NCBI GenBank assembly: GCA_021779095.1
Contig: JAJYBI010000004.1
Coordinates: 47,784-111,783, forward strand
Origin: Deltaproteobacteria bacterium
Lineage (GTDB): Bacteria; Desulfobacterota; Desulfuromonadia; Geobacterales; JAJYBI01
DNA: 64,000 nt
Reading direction: 5' to 3'
The position numbers were made by a program, and so were the translations under genes. A model generated the notes under the pieces. The model was given only the letters and a program-made list of their open reading frames with translations. It was not told the origin of the DNA and made no database searches. Of the stretch, positions 62,531 through 64,000 are shown piece after piece; position 1 is the stretch's first letter, and each line of letters begins with the position of its first letter.

Positions 62531-63790
62531 TTGCCCATGAGAACCCGTTATCTCCTGCCGTTGCTGCTGTCCCTCTGTCTCCTCTCCTTTGTCCCCCGTC
62601 CGGCCCGCGCCGACGACCCGGTGGCCATGAACAACTATGGCCTGGAACTGCTGCAGCAGGGGGAGGTGGACCGGGCGCTGGAGCAGTTCCAGAAGGCGAA
62701 CAGCTACTTTCCCTACGATCCGGTCATCAAGAAAAACCTGGCCATGGCCTACGCCCATGTAGCAAAGAAGAAGATGCGGGGAAGCGATTTCACCGGCGCC
62801 GTGGACGATCTGGACCGGGCGCTGGAGCTGGACCCGGACGAGCGGCCGTTTCTCGTCCTGAAGGGGATCGCCTCCTATTACCTCAAGCGGTACGACACTG
62901 CCCGCGACTGCCTGGAGCGCGGCATGCCGGAGTCGGGGGACGGGTGGGACGCGCTCTACTATCTGGGGTGGGTCAGCTACGATACGGACGACCTGGCGAA
63001 GGCGCTGGAGTACTGGGAAAAGGCCCGGGCGCTGCAGCCGGACAACCCGGAGCTGAAAACACAGATCGCCAAGGTGAAGCGCGAGCTGGCGGTGCAGCCC
63101 GGCAGGGACACGGGATACAGCTCTCGGTTCAGGATCACCTACGATGCTGCGGTGTCGTCGTCCCTGGCGGATGCGGTGCTGGATGAGCTGGAAAGCGCCT
63201 ACAACCGGGTGGGGGCAGATCTGGATTGTTATCCGGAAGGGGACGTGGCTGTGGCACTTTATACCCTGAAGGAGTTCCGGGGGGTGACACAGGGGCCGGA
63301 GTGGTCGGGGGGGATCTTCGACGGGAAGATCCGGCTCCCCATCGGCGGAGTTACGGAGATGAACCCGCATCTGCGTGCCGTCTTGGATCACGAGTACGCC
63401 CACGTGGTGATCTTCGGCATCACGGGTGGGAACTGCCCCACCTGGCTCAACGAGGGGATCGCTCAGGTGGAGGAACTGCGGCAGGGGGACCCGTTGTCGC
63501 GGCTCCTGGAGGGGGCGGCCCGGAAGGGTGGGATCATTCCCTGGAAGGCGCTGGAGGGGTCGTTCATGTCGTTCGGCACCCAGCAGGCGGCCCTCGCCTA
63601 CGAGGAGAGCTACGCTGCGGTCCGCTACCTCGTCGATACCTACGGCTGGTACAAAGTGAAGCAGGTGCTCGTGAATCTCGGGAACGGCATGACACCGGCG
63701 CAGGCGTTCGCACGTGCATTCGACGACTACGGGCTCGATTACGCGGCACTGGAGCGGGAGTGGCGGGCGTCCCTGCCGGCGGGAGAATAA
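62531..63790 (+). CDS. secreted TPR-repeat protein with C-terminal peptidase-MA-like (HExxH) domain
   Basis: Signal peptide LLLSLCLLSFVPRPARA. TPR repeats. Contains LDHEYAHVV...WLNEGIAQ. Confidence 0.75.
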   Translation: MPMRTRYLLPLLLSLCLLSFVPRPARADDPVAMNNYGLELLQQGEVDRALEQFQKANSYFPYDPVIKKNLAMAYAHVAKKKMRGSDFTGAVDDLDRALELDPDERPFLVLKGIASYYLKRYDTARDCLERGMPESGDGWDALYYLGWVSYDTDDLAKALEYWEKARALQPDNPELKTQIAKVKRELAVQPGRDTGYSSRFRITYDAAVSSSLADAVLDELESAYNRVGADLDCYPEGDVAVALYTLKEFRGVTQGPEWSGGIFDGKIRLPIGGVTEMNPHLRAVLDHEYAHVVIFGITGGNCPTWLNEGIAQVEELRQGDPLSRLLEGAARKGGIIPWKALEGSFMSFGTQQAALAYEESYAAVRYLVDTYGWYKVKQVLVNLGNGMTPAQAFARAFDDYGLDYAALEREWRASLPAGE

Positions 63791-63804
63791 TTACGGATTT
63801 CCGC

Positions 63805-63833
63805 TTGACAACGGGCGGAGTGTACCGTATAAA
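63805..63833 (+). promoter_or_regulatory. candidate sigma-70 promoter of the Rrf2-family gene
   Basis: TTGACA (63805-63810), a 17-nt spacer, then TATAAA (63828-63833). Confidence 0.5.
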
Positions 63834-63862
63834 AGACAAAAACGGTCCTGAAGGTAACATTT

Positions 63863-64000
63863 ATGATGGAACTGACCCGCAAAGGGGAATATGCAATCCG
63901 GGGTATCCTGTACCTCGCCAGCCAGCCGCTGGGAAAGGTGTCGCTCATCAGCGAGATCGCCGAGGCGGCGGAGGTCCCCCAGACCTTTCTGGCGAAGATC
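63863..64000 (+). CDS. Rrf2-family transcriptional regulator, 3'-truncated by window edge
   Basis: MMELTRKGEYAIRGILYLASQP...ISEIAEAAEVPQTFLAKI is the canonical Rrf2 N-terminal wHTH. Confidence 0.85.
   Translation, partial: MMELTRKGEYAIRGILYLASQPLGKVSLISEIAEAAEVPQTFLAKI

Noticed and set aside
62436-62540. 34-aa ORF (MTHADLQNALELFGLTPPPPVRH...) whose TGA overlaps the ATG of the TPR/peptidase gene
   Set aside because: The ATGA overlap is suggestive of translational coupling. However, there is no RBS, the second half is Pro/Arg-rich, and I recognise no family. I cannot support it without conservation data.
1-64000. CRISPR arrays, rRNA/tRNA genes, IS elements, integrases, prophage genes
   Set aside because: I scanned by eye for regularly spaced repeats, tRNA T-arm signatures and transposase or integrase-like translations, and found none. 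The G-rich runs (e.g. 25581-25610, 43741-43760) are not periodic.

Overview
This is a GC-rich bacterial chromosomal segment. I found no rRNA, tRNA, CRISPR array, transposase or integrase. Gene content suggests Geobacteraceae/Desulfuromonadales: a CX4CH/CXXCH multihaem cytochrome, a di-haem cytochrome c peroxidase, GEMM-I riboswitches and many PAS/MCP/sigma-54 parts. That placement is an inference only.

I support about 55 CDS.
- Housekeeping blocks: xseA-xseB-ispA-dxs, rbgA, an S1-domain protein, pepF, pxpBCA plus a dehydrogenase and an amidohydrolase, and mlaA.
- Two unrelated MoxR-type AAA+/VWA pairs.
- A Fur/PerR-headed peroxide-type operon.
- A 1409-aa transglutaminase/TPR protein.
- A Csu/spore-coat-U-type chaperone-usher pilus locus.
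- A small accessory islet carrying Doc/AbrB toxin-antitoxin genes, a lipoprotein gene and fic.

The most interesting signals are:
1. Two tandem GEMM-I cyclic-dinucleotide riboswitches sit in the 670-nt leader of the pilus operon, each with its own terminator. An upstream sigma-54-type promoter with paired palindromes precedes an orphan pilin-like gene.
2. A six-gene operon reads PerR, 35-aa rubredoxin-like ORF (absent from the ORF track), erythrin-like diiron protein, AAA_5 ATPase, VWA/DUF2201 protein, unknown small protein.
3. A compact promoter-leader-terminator-RBS unit precedes a 54-aa membrane protein. It looks like an unclassified riboswitch or attenuator.
4. The 3' end of the aas gene is duplicated on either side of the fic gene.
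5. A GC-rich double-hairpin REP-like element is inserted in frame inside aas.

Many long ORFs in the track are antisense shadow frames typical of high-GC DNA, and I rejected them. All calls come from reading the sequence and translations by eye. No database search or folding program was run, and RNA-element coordinates are approximate to a few nucleotides.
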